Of a stretch of 64,000 bases of DNA, positions 30,101 through 43,400 are shown in pieces. A program made the translations under genes and the position numbers. Numbering within the stretch: position 1 is the first letter of the stretch; each line of letters opens with the position of its first letter. The stretch covers positions 8,186,001-8,250,000 of the forward strand of contig NC_087263.1 in the NCBI RefSeq assembly GCF_037042905.1, read 5' to 3'. The DNA is from Lytechinus pictus. Taxonomy: Eukaryota. The notes under the pieces were generated by a model. It saw only the letters and a list, made by a program, of their open reading frames with translations. It was not told where the DNA came from and did no database searches.

Positions 30101-33100
30101 ATGACCGAATGAAAAGAGGTGTTTTGGTCCGCATCAAGCTCATTAAATATGCAAAACATCTCAAGTCATGAATATCACTTGGATGAAAGAAGCCACTTTC
30201 TTGTGACCTGCAGTCTGACTGTGTTTAGGGTATTTTTTTTCCAAGCCTTTTCCCCGAGGTCATATTTTGGCGACAACTTGTTTAGGGGCCAAAATGTGTA
30301 GATAAAGCCCGCGAAAACTTGCTTAGGGGATTATTTTGCACACAGAGAAAAACTCGTTTAGGGGTGTTTGGAAATTACTTGGTCACGCGTGTGTACAGCA
30401 ATATATTTGACTGCCCCCCAAAAAAATTTACCACACCTTAATACATTCGTGAGGCGTACGTATATTCTTTGGCTCTAGCATGTTTAGGACGAAACAGGCA
30501 AGGGGTATGTTTTGGGGGGATTCCCATACATGTATGTTATAATGGATCGGAAATTGGTAGGTCCTAATTTCTTCGAGTTTAGAAGACAGTGCATATTTGG
30601 ACTTGCACCCCAAGCCCGCAATTTATTGGTGCCCTCTGCATTCTGCAAGTTGGTGCTGTAGCAAAGCGGATTCCCCTCGCCTCTCGAACAAGGATACATC
30701 GTGCGGTGCATTTTACATTGTTACTTTAAAAAAATACTAAAAACACACTAAGATGCACTCTTCTACTTTCCCTTAGCCAGACAACCATCATCAAGATTTG
30801 TCCAAAATTAATTCCGTTCTTTCATACCTTTTATTTTAGTGATCCTCACTGGGCTCCTGACGAGCCATCAAGCTCTATAGGACAGTCCTGTGGATGTTTA
30901 TGGTCTGATGGAAACAATGACAATCACGGTCGATGGGACAGTCGGACTTGTGAAGACGCACTGCCTTACATCTGTGAAAGACCACAAAGTACATTACGAT
31001 TTGTTTTTGTCTTCGAGTACTGTGCAATATGTTTACAATTAATACACACCATAATAATGCATAATTAGGAATTACACGCACGAGATAGCTGTAGAATAGT
31101 TCTAAGGATAACAGGTGTCTGTAATTATTCTAATGGCAGAGAAAACGATATGTATCCTCGTCTCAAAACCACGCCCGGGTAACAAAAAATGTAATTATAA
31201 TTTTTTTAAAGAATAATATAGGATTTATATAGCGCACGTATCCCCATTTTTAGTTAGGTGCTCAGTGCGCTATTATAATATCCCGACTAAGCTAGTCTAC
31301 CTATTTTGGTGCTCACAGCTGTTTGAGGAATTACTCCCTGTCTGTCGGTACCTATTTACATCACCCGAGTTGAGTGCAAAACAATGTGTGTAAATTTATT
31401 GCTGAAGAAAAAAAGGCCATGGCTGGGAATCAAACCCACGTCCCCCGGATTAAAAGACGAGAGGGTTAACAACTAGACCACGACGCCCCCGGTAGAAGTC
31501 ATTCGGTAGGCTAACATAAGAGACTGGTAACGTGATATATTTAAGAAAATCATTTGATTAGGTACATATTACCATTATATATAACAATGTCAAACTCAAT
31601 TATTAACTTGCAGATAAAATCAATGATAAAATTGATGTTTAGATTGATATATGATTTAAAGTAGTTTCATATTAAAGCAGAAACACAGTCACAAAGTCTG
31701 AAAATGCAAATCTCTCACGAGATATAATTATCCTCTTACGCAGTCCCACTTAATGGAAAATGGATAGAAATTGCAGCAGTTAACGATGTACAGTATTACT
31801 TCTCAACATTTTCGGCGAATTATTTCAATGCAAACGAGTATTGTCGGCAAATAGGTGGACATCTGGCGCAATTGAAAACATCAACGCTTTATGTAAGTTG
31901 TTTCACATTAGTTAAATTAAAATTATGGTGTGAAACCAATATCTTGCAAGACATTACGTGGTAGCTTTTATTTGTCACTTGTTCTTCCTTCAAAGGCACT
32001 ATTGTATGCGTGCGCTTTGGGCATAATGGGAAAAACGTAGTTAATAGTGACAATGATAATAATAACAATGATGTTGATGATGGTCGTGATTACGATGATG
32101 ATGATGACGATGAAAGTATCAATACAAATGGTTTTATCCACGTGATTATCGTTTAATGTCAGAAACTGGACAAAATTATATAGCGTTTATGACCTAAAGT
32201 TGGCGACAGTCGTAATTATATAGGTTATACAGGTTCAGTAGTAGTAAGGATGTACTCTACATTATTGTACGGGAGGGGGGAGGGGGTGTGGCTGTTTGCC
32301 ATGGAAGACATCACATTACGTGGATTATTTTATTTTTATTTTCTTTATATATGATTTCTGCAATATTTGACACATTTTACCGTTTCTCCTTAAGGATTTA
32401 TATACGACCTATGGGGTTCCTGAACCCCATAGGTTGTATAAAGAACCTTGAAGAGTTCCTTGTAGAACTGAAAATTATTCTAAAGGAGTGATTGTTTAGA
32501 ACCCTTTTCTGATTATTTTCGAAGAACCATTGATAAGAGTTTTTATACAGTACGTATACAAAAAACGGGACAGTTTTGAAAAGTTTATCAAAATTCTGTT
32601 TCAAATGATGATGTCTATATTTTGATGTTTATAAATGCTCTGAAGTCTTATATTTCAAATGCAATTTTAAAAATAATCAGTTTTGTTCATGCTTGAGCGC
32701 ACAGGGAACTTTTTTTGTCAGTGGTTCAATAAAGGGCTTGTGCCAAATGGCAGAAAATGAGAAAATATTGACGATGAGACATTTGGCTAATCAGCAGCCT
32801 ACCTCTCAAGCTTTTCCTTATCTTTGCCAAAACTTAGAATTATGCTTTCAAAATCCATATTTACAAAGTATTAATTGGTTTGAAGTGTTTTGTATTTTCA
32901 TTTAACTATTTTACATTTTAACATAACAAGAAAAAACTTGTCAACTTAAGCAAGGATATATGCATTATATTTGTATATTTGTAATTCATTCAAATTTATT
33001 CAAATCCTTTTATGACGTAAAACAAAGGTTGTGGTGCCTTTGAAAGATATGAAGCATATTGCCAAGGGTACATTGAATCTTTCAACATGTTAGGTTGTTC

Positions 33101-34257
33101 TCGACAGGGTGCTGGGAACAGTTTATAACAGGAGATGCTTGTTTTAATTTGATACACAAAAAAGGTTTTCACCAAGAAATTAAGTTCCTTTTAATTAAGA
33201 TAAATTTGACAAGTAAGAAAACAAGTTTTCGCTACAAAAATTAAGGTATTTTTTTTTGCAATATTTACTTTTAGAAATACGAAACAGCTTTTCAAGGATG
33301 CCACCTATGATGAATAAAACGCGCATCAAAAATCGTTAAATGAAAATACAGGGCAATTCAAGTAATGTAATACTTTGTAAATGGATTTTAATACCATAGT
33401 TCGTAAAGTATGGTAAAGATAATGAAAGGCTCAGGAGGAAATCTGCTGATTAGTGAAATGTCTCATTAGATCGTCAGTACTTTCTCATTTTTTGCCATTT
33501 TTGGTACCCCTGACAAAAAAAAAACCGTGTGCGCTCAAGCATGAACAAAACTTATTTGATTTGGGGGTTTGATGACAGTCAAAAGAAAAGACTTTAGAGC
33601 ATGTATTGACATAAAAATATACATAATTTGAAACAAAATCTTCATAGACTTTTCAAAACTGTCCCGCTTTTTTATACTCACTGTATACGGAACTGCTATC
33701 CTTCCAAATGAAGATAATTTTACTTGTTTTTTTAATGTTTAACATGATAATATAGTCAGCAGTGAGAGATCACTTTTCAAGCCTGGGAGTATTCAGTTTT
33801 TTCTTCGGTCTTGATGATCTAATGAAGGAAGGTGAATTCCGATGGGCTGATGGCACGTTATTGAGCGAAACGGGGTAAGATTATCATATCATTTTTCTTC
33901 CTTTAATCTTCGAGAACTTATCAATTACATCTACTACATTATTAACAATAATAATAGTTGTAGTGGTGGTAGTAGAAGAAGAAGGGGAAAAAGAACAAGT
34001 AGTAGTAGTAGTAGTGGAAGTTCAATACTTAGTAATAATTTCAAAAGTAAAAGTAGTAGTAGCAGTTGCGGTAGTTGTAGTAGAAGTAGTAGTAGTAGTA
34101 CTTGTAGTAGTACCAGTAGTAGTAGTAATAGTAGTAATAGTTTTAGTAGTAGTATTAGCTATAGTAGTAGTAATAGTAGTAGTAGAAGTAGTAGTGGTAG
34201 TAGTAGTAGAAGAAGTAGTAGGAGTAGTAGTAGTAGTAGTAAGTAGTAGTAGTAGTA

Positions 34258-34300
<43 letters not shown>

Positions 34301-34330
34301 AAGTAGTAGTAGTAGTAGTAGTAGAAGTAA

Positions 34331-34362
<32 letters not shown>

Positions 34363-34395
34363 AGTAGTAGTAGTATAGTAGTAGTAGTAGTAGTA

Positions 34396-34461
<66 letters not shown>

Positions 34462-37400
34462 TCAATGGTAGTAGGACGATAGTAGGCATATCAGCCAGGG
34501 AAAATGTTCCCTGTTGGAAGACGACCTACAGGCAAAATCTACAACCTTTATTACTAATGATAGGCAAATAATCACCGTTGGTGAAGGTGATGGGCAAACT
34601 ATCACTTCAGAGGCGAGCTGGATATAGCTATATCTTTCCGAAGCGAAGCTGAGGAAAGATAGCGTGAACATCCAGCTTGACGGGGAAGTGATAGTTTGCC
34701 TCGTCACCTGAAACCAAGAAATGATCGTATACTTTATATTCCACATCTATAATCCACATTTAAAACCTTTCAATAGGAGGGGGAAACAATAATTTTATAC
34801 AAAATCCAAGGTTTCCTTAAAAAAATCATTAAATTCGTCGATGCCTGAGTGTGAGTTTACGATTTAAGTGCGCGCGATCTAGCTGCTGCGCTTGCCAAAC
34901 TTGGCTTGTAAGCGCACGGATCCAGCGTTGTCTTTATTATGACGTTTATTGTTGGTGTGCGTATCATTTCAGGTTTTTGACATGCGAACCGATTCTGCAC
35001 CACGAGCTAACAGTGTGTAAACGCGGTGCAAGATAAACCAAAAGCCGATTCTGCATCGGCTTTTGGTTCTGAACCAAAAGCTGATTAAGTGTAAACACGG
35101 TGTATGATGTCACAAATGTGATGAAGAAAAATGGAGAATGATGGACCAGGGGCGGATCCAGGATTTTCCAAAAGGGGGGGGGGCAACTTTTTCGGTCGAA
35201 AATTTTGACAAGCCCCCCCCCCAAAAAAAAAAAAAAAAAAAAAAGCAAACAAAAAATAATGTTCCTCAAAGGTGGGGGGGGGGGGGGGGCACGTGCCCCC
35301 TGTGCCCCTCCCCAAGATCCTCGCCTGTGATGGACCTAAAAGTTTTTTAATGGCTTTTTGGCCCCTACACATTTATTTCATTTCGCGCATGCTACACAAG
35401 GCTTATCGCGCGAAAATACATGTACGTGGTGAACTGAGTTCGATCTAGATCTAAATATCGTAGATAAACTAGATCTGCTCGTTCTAGGTATTAATATTAT
35501 AAATGTTCCTAATTCTGGCCTTTATTTAGCCCCGAATTCTAACCTTACATTTCCTGGATAGAATCCAGATCTAGATCTTAAAATTATTAAGACATGATCG
35601 TTCTCAAGTTAGATATTAGAAGTTTTTATTCTAAAGTTACTCACCCATATCATGTCATGTTGCAATGATCCAAAATCAAATCCATTAGAAAGGAAGATAA
35701 TCAATTTGATCCAATGTATCCATACACAGCAAAAACTACGGTGTTAACCGGTGTACATAGAGGACCACACCGGTTGTTTTACACCGGTGTTAAATTTACA
35801 GTGTTAGTTTAACACCTATAGGTGTTATCACAACACCTTTGGTTGTTACATTTACACTCTATGGTGTTATGTCCAATTCCTAGGGTGTAATTTCAACACC
35901 TCAGGGTGTGGTCCTCTATTAACACCAAAGTTTTTACAGCTTATGATCAAATTGGCAAAGATTTAAAAAAAGACTAGTTTATGATCGTTCAAAGAGTCAC
36001 TGTAATTAGTCTAACAAGTTTATCAACTAGGTTATATAAACTCGAAGATGAAGAAGAAATAACACAGTCACAACAATACGTCTAAGAACAAAATTCAAAA
36101 CAACATATTTACAGAGAGGGTCCTTGTGTTTTGGGCCTAATTGTAAATTTTGACCACACAGTAAACTGAAAAGTTGCACTTCTGTGCGGACTGTGCACAA
36201 GGCCTACGTTTTTGTTTTCTCTGGCCGGGGGCTGAGGTTCCTTGCCTAGAGCCGGAGGCTGAGCGACAGGTGAGGTGGACCATTAGAATCATCAGAGTTG
36301 GACCTGGCGTCGCTAGTGGCAGTAAATCTAGAGCCAGTGGGTGAGATGGCTGTTCTAAATCTTGGTTTTTACTTTGCTGATCAAGACCAAGAGCAGAATA
36401 AATTGTTTCATTAATTTTCATCTTCTGCTGGTCACTGGTTTGTGCGTAATGCTTAATGTTTGTTTCTGATTTATGCCCCGAAAACGATATAGTGCTCACA
36501 CATCTCGCTCGCCGAGCTGCAGCGCCGGTACAGGCCGGCCAAATACTATCAACTCAAACAGATTGTGACGTAACAAAGGATATTACGGCCTTTGTCACTG
36601 CATGTGATGGAAAATGAATGACCAAAAAAGGGTGTGGCAATTTTTTTTTTTCGCGCGTCCCCAAAATAATTGAAAACGCGTTGAAAAACTTCATTGACCG
36701 CTGAAGAGATCAGCGAAACTCAAAAGTTCCATCACCACTAGCGATGGTTGATGATGGGGGAAACTACCATTTATCACGTGATTGACTTTTGACCAATCCT
36801 ATTGCTAGATTCTTAGTATGTGGAGATACGAAAATATCACAATGATCGTTAACTGCATTTTCTTGAAGGAATATGTTTTCACATAGGTAATTTCAGTGTT
36901 GCATTGCATCACCACAATGATTTTCAGTCGAACCATGAAGAAACACTTATAATGTAAAAAGACATACATTTTTACCCATCTAAGTTATTTAAAACAAATT
37001 ACCGAGATAACAGAAGCGAAAATGCAATTTCCACTTACCACTTCAATTCAACACTGGCGTAAATCTAACTTCAATTGAAGGAAACAATTCGAAATTTGGG
37101 CTTATTAACGAAAGGCCTGTTTCACACTTTAGATGAATATTAATTCATATTTTGCCGACAATGATTTAGCCATTATGTCATTTCTAACATTCGAAATTAA
37201 AACTTAGGTAATATACTAACCCATTGTTTGAAATTATTTTTGAATAAACACATTTCCTCATTGCATTGTCTCCTGTGTCAGCATTTACAAACTGTTAATT
37301 GTAGTTTTTGAAGTTTGAACTAATGAATTATATATTTCATATCAATCAATCATATCTGTCACTATGATGTAATTTATTTTTGGTATTTTTTGTGGGAGTG

Positions 37401-40400
37401 GTATATAGGCCCTAGGTACAATGAAATATGTTTCTCGAGTATTCATTTTAAGAAAGGGGGAATGGGGGAAGAGAGATATCACCATCCCAATTGTCGCATA
37501 TGCAGCTACCTAACGTGCATATAAATATTTCAAGAACTAGTATTCTTTTCTCATTTTTAACTATCTAACTATCTATCCAAATGCTTAGGAGTAATCAATG
37601 TTATAATTCATCGAAATGATTTTATTATGACTGCACCAACTTTCAGATATTCTCAATGGATTCCCGGTAACCCGGATAATTATTTAGGGAACGAACATTG
37701 TGTGGAAAGGAATGTGTACACAGGTACTTGGAATGATCGACCTTGCGACTTTCAACGAAGATTTGTCTGCGAGAAACCAAAAGGTAGGCCGACATCAATT
37801 AGGTAATGAAACAAACACATTCCTCCTTTTCATATTGTTAAAGGCGAAGTGAACTGTGTCTGGTCTCTTAATGACTGTGTATTATAAATGCATAGTCTTA
37901 AAATATACCTTTTCAGATATGTACTTATACTACAGAGAATAAATTGACCTGTAATTGTATAAAGAAACTAAAATGCTTTGAGAGGAAAAGTAATTGTTTT
38001 CATACTTGGTAACATAATTATTGTGGTACAAATGTATTGAGTAGTTAATTAGCATGTTATCATTAAAATGGGTCTATATTACTCGACTACACTAGCATTA
38101 TGGGTCAGGAAACTGGCCAGGTATGAGCAGTTGAGGACTCGAGATGGCGCTATTGGTTCGTATCTGCTTTAATACTTGCATGGATTTTCTATTTATAATT
38201 TCACACCCCGATGGAGTGACATTTTTCTCCGGGGGTGGGGTCACTTCCATTGACGAGTGGATACCATTCGTGACCATGGGGTTTCGAAAAGGGTAAATTG
38301 CCAATTCGTCCACTGCCAACTCGTCCACTCACCACATGGTCTACCTTTATTTAGTCTAATGCCATTCCATCCATTAAAATTTCGTCTAACCATTTGTTCC
38401 AATCATCACTTCATCTAATCATCATTTCGTCTACTACCATTTCGTCAAATAACCAGTTGGTCTTATACCAATTTTCTTTTCATTCATTTTCCACAATTAA
38501 CACTTTAGTTTAATTAGACCAAATGGTATAGCTATTGGACCACTGGTCATTAGACGGAATGGCATTAGACTAAATAAAATTAAACCATGTGGTGAGTAGA
38601 AGAACTGATGATAGACCAAATGGTAGTAGACGAGTCGGTAAGTGGACGAATTCGCATCAGACGAATTGAAATAAACCTCGAAAAGTACCTTAAACAAGTA
38701 TATTCCATGTTCTGAAAATGCACCACTTAACAAGTATTGGCGAGTGAAACCATACCCTTAAAGGCCAAGTCCACCCCAAAAAATATTGAATTGAATCAAT
38801 AGAAAAAAATCAAACAAGCATAAAATTGAAAATTTGATCAAAATCAGATGTAAAACAAGAAAGTTATGACATTTTAAAGTTTCGCTTATTTTTCACGAAA
38901 CAGTTATATGCACAACTCGGTGACATGCAAATGAGAGAGTCAATGATGTCCATCACTCATTATTTTGTTTTTCATTGTTTGAATTATACAATATTTCTTT
39001 TTTTACAGATTTGACATTAAGGACTGTTACGATACTGCAACAAATAACAGTGAAAAATTATATTTTTTATTTGATTTCCTTTTCTTATTACGGAAAATAT
39101 AACAATCATAAACTAACAAAACATAAATAAATATTCATCTTACATCTCTTGAAGTGACAATTCTGAATTTATTCCAAATGATAATATCCAGGTTGGCTGG
39201 CAAAGGCTCCTTAAATTAATGTCCACAATGCTGGCGATGATTAAATTGATGTTGAAGCACGATGAATAGCGCGTTTTCGCCCAGCGTCGTACGACGTAGA
39301 ACGTAAGGGTCGTGTGCAAAAATCGCCAACTTCCATGGAAACAGAGGCCCGAGCGTTCTTGAGCTCAAATCACGGACGGTTCTTTCGCAAATTAGCGGGC
39401 GTCCGCATTAGAACGTAGGATTTGTCAACAGCCGTCAACAGCCAATCAGATCGCTTGTAGAGCGAGCAAGCTGAGCCAATGTAAACACATTCGCCCATCG
39501 CGTGCATGCACATGTTGTACTCTACTCTGACTACACTGATAGCTGAAAGCTTCAAAACATGGACTCGAATGCGAGTTTTTCGGTGAGTACCATTTCAATT
39601 ATACTAAAATCAAGCTAAGTATAATTTCAAAATGTTACAGTAGAAGTTTAAACGAGTATGATTATTGAAATATGATTGAAAAGCCGTTGCATGGCTCGGT
39701 CGATCCGGCCGCGTTCAGCGATTTGCGAAACTGCTTACAAGCGAGAGTTGAGCGCGACGGACGCACGAACCAAGAGATCGTTCTACGTCGTAGATAGCGT
39801 CGTACGACGCTGGGCGAAAACGCGCTAATAACAAGAGTCACTGTAACAAGTTAAAATGTCTGTGAAGACGATGTTGATGATGATTAACAGTCAATTTAAG
39901 CAATTCATTCTCCTTCTTTCTGGAGCAATCAAATTCTAGAAGACTCTTGAATGACATCATTGAAATTAACGTGTCAACAACATAGCTAATCCTATTGATC
40001 ATTTCAACTACCACTGGAATCTCTTTGCGTTGCAGTCTCTATTCAGAAATAAAATTCCTCGGCCTTTAAATAGGTGCAGGCATGCCTATAACAATGCATT
40101 ACAAAGACATTCTGGAATGTTCTTAATCATTCTATGCTATGAATATCCTTAAAGAGAAAATAACTTAATAAATGAATGTAATTTCTCTTACAATTCTTTT
40201 TATAGATAACAGGACCAACTCTAATGATTCATAAAATGCTAAACATGTTCAGGGAGGAATATCATTTTATTCCTTAGGAAATTAAGGGGAAAAAATATAA
40301 TATTTCATATTTCCTACATGAAATACAAAAGAAATAGTGAGTGGATGACGTCATCACTCTCTCCATTTCCATACCGACCAGTTTGCGCATATAACAGTTT

Positions 40401-43400
40401 TGTGAAATTAAGAGAAACTTTACGATGTCATAACTTTCTTATTTTATATCCGATTTTGATGAAATTTTCAGTACAGTATGCTTGTTGGATTTTTCTTGTT
40501 TTATTCAAATCAATTTTATGTTGGGGTGGATTTGTCCTTTAACAAGTATTAGAAACAAAACGGTAACCTTTTCAGGTATTCCCTGAATTATCCTCCTAAA
40601 CAAGTACAACGACATCTTAATTGTTATGTCACGGACGTCATCACGGATCTGTAACCAAATTAAATTAAGTATAGGGTATTTTAAAAGGGGCAAGGATTTA
40701 TAATCGTAACGTCATATTTCAAAATTGCACCGAAGGGATACACAGAATTGCACGTATGACACAAACCTATACCTTGTTATATTCATCTTTCTTATTGGCC
40801 TTTTATTCATTAATTTCTTTTCCCCTCCTATTTCTCACTTCTTGAAAAATATTACGACCCCCCCCCCTCTCATAGCACCAGCCATACTTTGGAAGGGGAA
40901 TCAAATGTTATTTACTGAAATTGCATGAGGTTATCCATTTTCATCATACTATAAACACGCATATGCATCCAGATTGCAAAGTATAGTGATTTTTTTTTTG
41001 TAATTTCGCCTTAAAATGCCTTCAGTTGTTAGTGATCAAAATTCAATTGCACTCGTAAAAACATTAACCATTTTATAGTTTAGAATGTATGTGGCAGCAC
41101 AAGAACATTTCCCTTAAAAATCTACTGGGGGATGTTTTTACGATAGCCAAATAAAGGAAATGTGCTCAATTAATTTCCACAAGACGACACCTTTTGGCCA
41201 GCTCTTAACATGAAAAATATTAAGCTGTTCTTGCTTGTTGGTTTAAGATTTTTAACTATACTTCTTTTATGTACTTCAAGTTAAATGTCTCGTAAGGTTC
41301 CCAACAAAATAAACTTATTATATTGGGGCTTTAATTCTCAATCGTCGAGACAACTAATCATGAAATCTAAGCAAAGATAATTTTATTTGATTTTGAGTAC
41401 GTAATTCAGACTAATACTTTCAAACTGCTACTTTGCTTTCCGCTCGTTATGATTCTACCCTCCCCCGCCCCCTCCCCCACCCCCATTTCAAATTAATCCT
41501 GCAACTCTTCTTACGACATATTTAGGTTTGCAGCCGGTTAATTATTTCTGATTTGTAATAATAATAATAACAAGTGGAACGCCTCTGGCAGTCTCGCCTA
41601 CATTACGCAATTCGATATAGCAGCAGTGCTGCCTTTGAAAACAGCTAATGAATAATTATTCACAGAAAAAATACACTATCATGATAATAAAATATGTATA
41701 TTGACCCAAAATTATATTTGACTATGATCACGTGACTTAAGACATGCACAAAACAATCATTCATACTTGATTACCCTTACGTCGATGTTTCGTTTAGATC
41801 CATAAACTTTCGAATCAATCCCAACACGGCAAGAGTTCATTGAACTTTAAATGACCTTTGATCTTGGCCATGTTCAAAAACGCGCACAGGTTATTCAGAG
41901 ATACATTGCTGCTCTTATGTCCAAGTTTCATGAACTAGATCCATAAACTTTTAAAGTTATGATGACAGTTCCAAATATATCCCCAACATTACCAAAGGTT
42001 TTTTTTAACCCTAAATGACCTTAGACCTTGGCCACGTGACCGGAAACTTGCACAGGATGTTCAAGGATACTAGATTGTTCTCCTGTCTAAGTTTCATGAA
42101 CTAGATCCATAAACTTTTAAAGTTATGATGACAGTTCCAAATATATCCCCAACATTACCAAAGGTTTTTTTTAACCCTAAATGACCTTAGACCTTGGCCA
42201 CGTGACCGGAAACTTGCACAGGATGTTCAAGGATACTAGATTGTTCTCCTGTCTAAGTTTCATGAACTAGATCCATAAAATTTTAAAGTTGTGATGACAA
42301 TTCCTCCAATAACCCGACCATTGACCCTACGTGACTTTTGACCTTAATCATGTGCCCTGAAAGTCAGGCAGGATCTTCAATGATACACTGTTACCCTTAA
42401 GTCTATGTTTTATGAACTAGGTCCATATAATTTCGAAGTTATGACACCATTTCAAAAACTCAACCTTGGTTAAGATTTCGATATTGATTCCCCCGACATG
42501 GTCTAAGTTCATTGACCCTAAATGACCTTTGACCTTGATCATGTGACCTGAAACTCAAGCAGGATGTTTAGTAATACTTGATTACCCCTATGTTCAAGTA
42601 TCATGAACTAGGTCCATATATCGATCCTGGGGGGGGGGGGTGATCGCCCCACCAATGAAAATATTGTGGGGGGGCAAACATATCGTTTTGCCCTCCCCCC
42701 ATGATTCCGCATATGCAAAAAAAAATAAGATTGTAATGTTACACATAAATCAGCAAGCAAGAATGAGATACACAACTCGTTCTAGATTCAAAATAGTTCT
42801 CAAAATGTCCGCGTTTCAGATTGGAATATAAAAATTTTTAAGCTCGCGCTTCGCGCTCGCATCATTTCTGTAACAAAAACATAGGCGGATCCCCCCCCCC
42901 TATTGGCGAAGCAATAAAAAGGAAAGAAAGGATAACAAAAAGAAAAAAAGGGGGGGGGGAGAGAGGAGAAAAAAGAAGAGGAGGAAGTTAAGTGAATAAA
43001 ATAAGATTAGGGGAAGACTTGGAAAATAAAAAAATATATTTCATGTCACTATATGAAATTTTCACTCGCGCTTCGCGCTCGCATTGCCTGTTAGGTGATT
43101 TTCATATCCTGTTCCATATGGAGTTTAAATATCGAGTTTGGAAGTCAATATACAAACCATATTTCACCTCGGAAATCGAACTTTCATTATTTTGTGTGAT
43201 TTACAAATTGATTTTCATAAAGTGTTCTGTAAAAATGGTTTTATGGTCTGAATATTAACATTTTATGCGCGCTCGCAAATTTTGAGTTATCAGGTACCTA
43301 TTATTTTCGTGTATTCCATAAAGTTGTCAAAATATCCCTTTTCAGGTCTGTTTGTCAAAACGAATCAGCCAGCGCTGCACGCTCGCATTTTGATTGGCGA

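Larger units (their letters stand above)
28343..30423. mobile_element. Unclassified TIR element with two nested insertions
   Basis: TIR cagtcagatatattgctgtacacacgcgtg / cacgcgtgtgtacagcaatatatttgactg; possible TSD AAATTT. Confidence 0.7.
38762..40538. mobile_element. Kolobok/T2-type MITE interrupted by a solo LTR
   Basis: TTAA-AGGCCAAGTCCACCCC...GGGGTGGATTTGTCCT-TTAA. Confidence 0.85.

Noticed and set aside
33963..34489. Poly-V/S/L/T ORFs
   Set aside because: Translation of a (TAG)n microsatellite.
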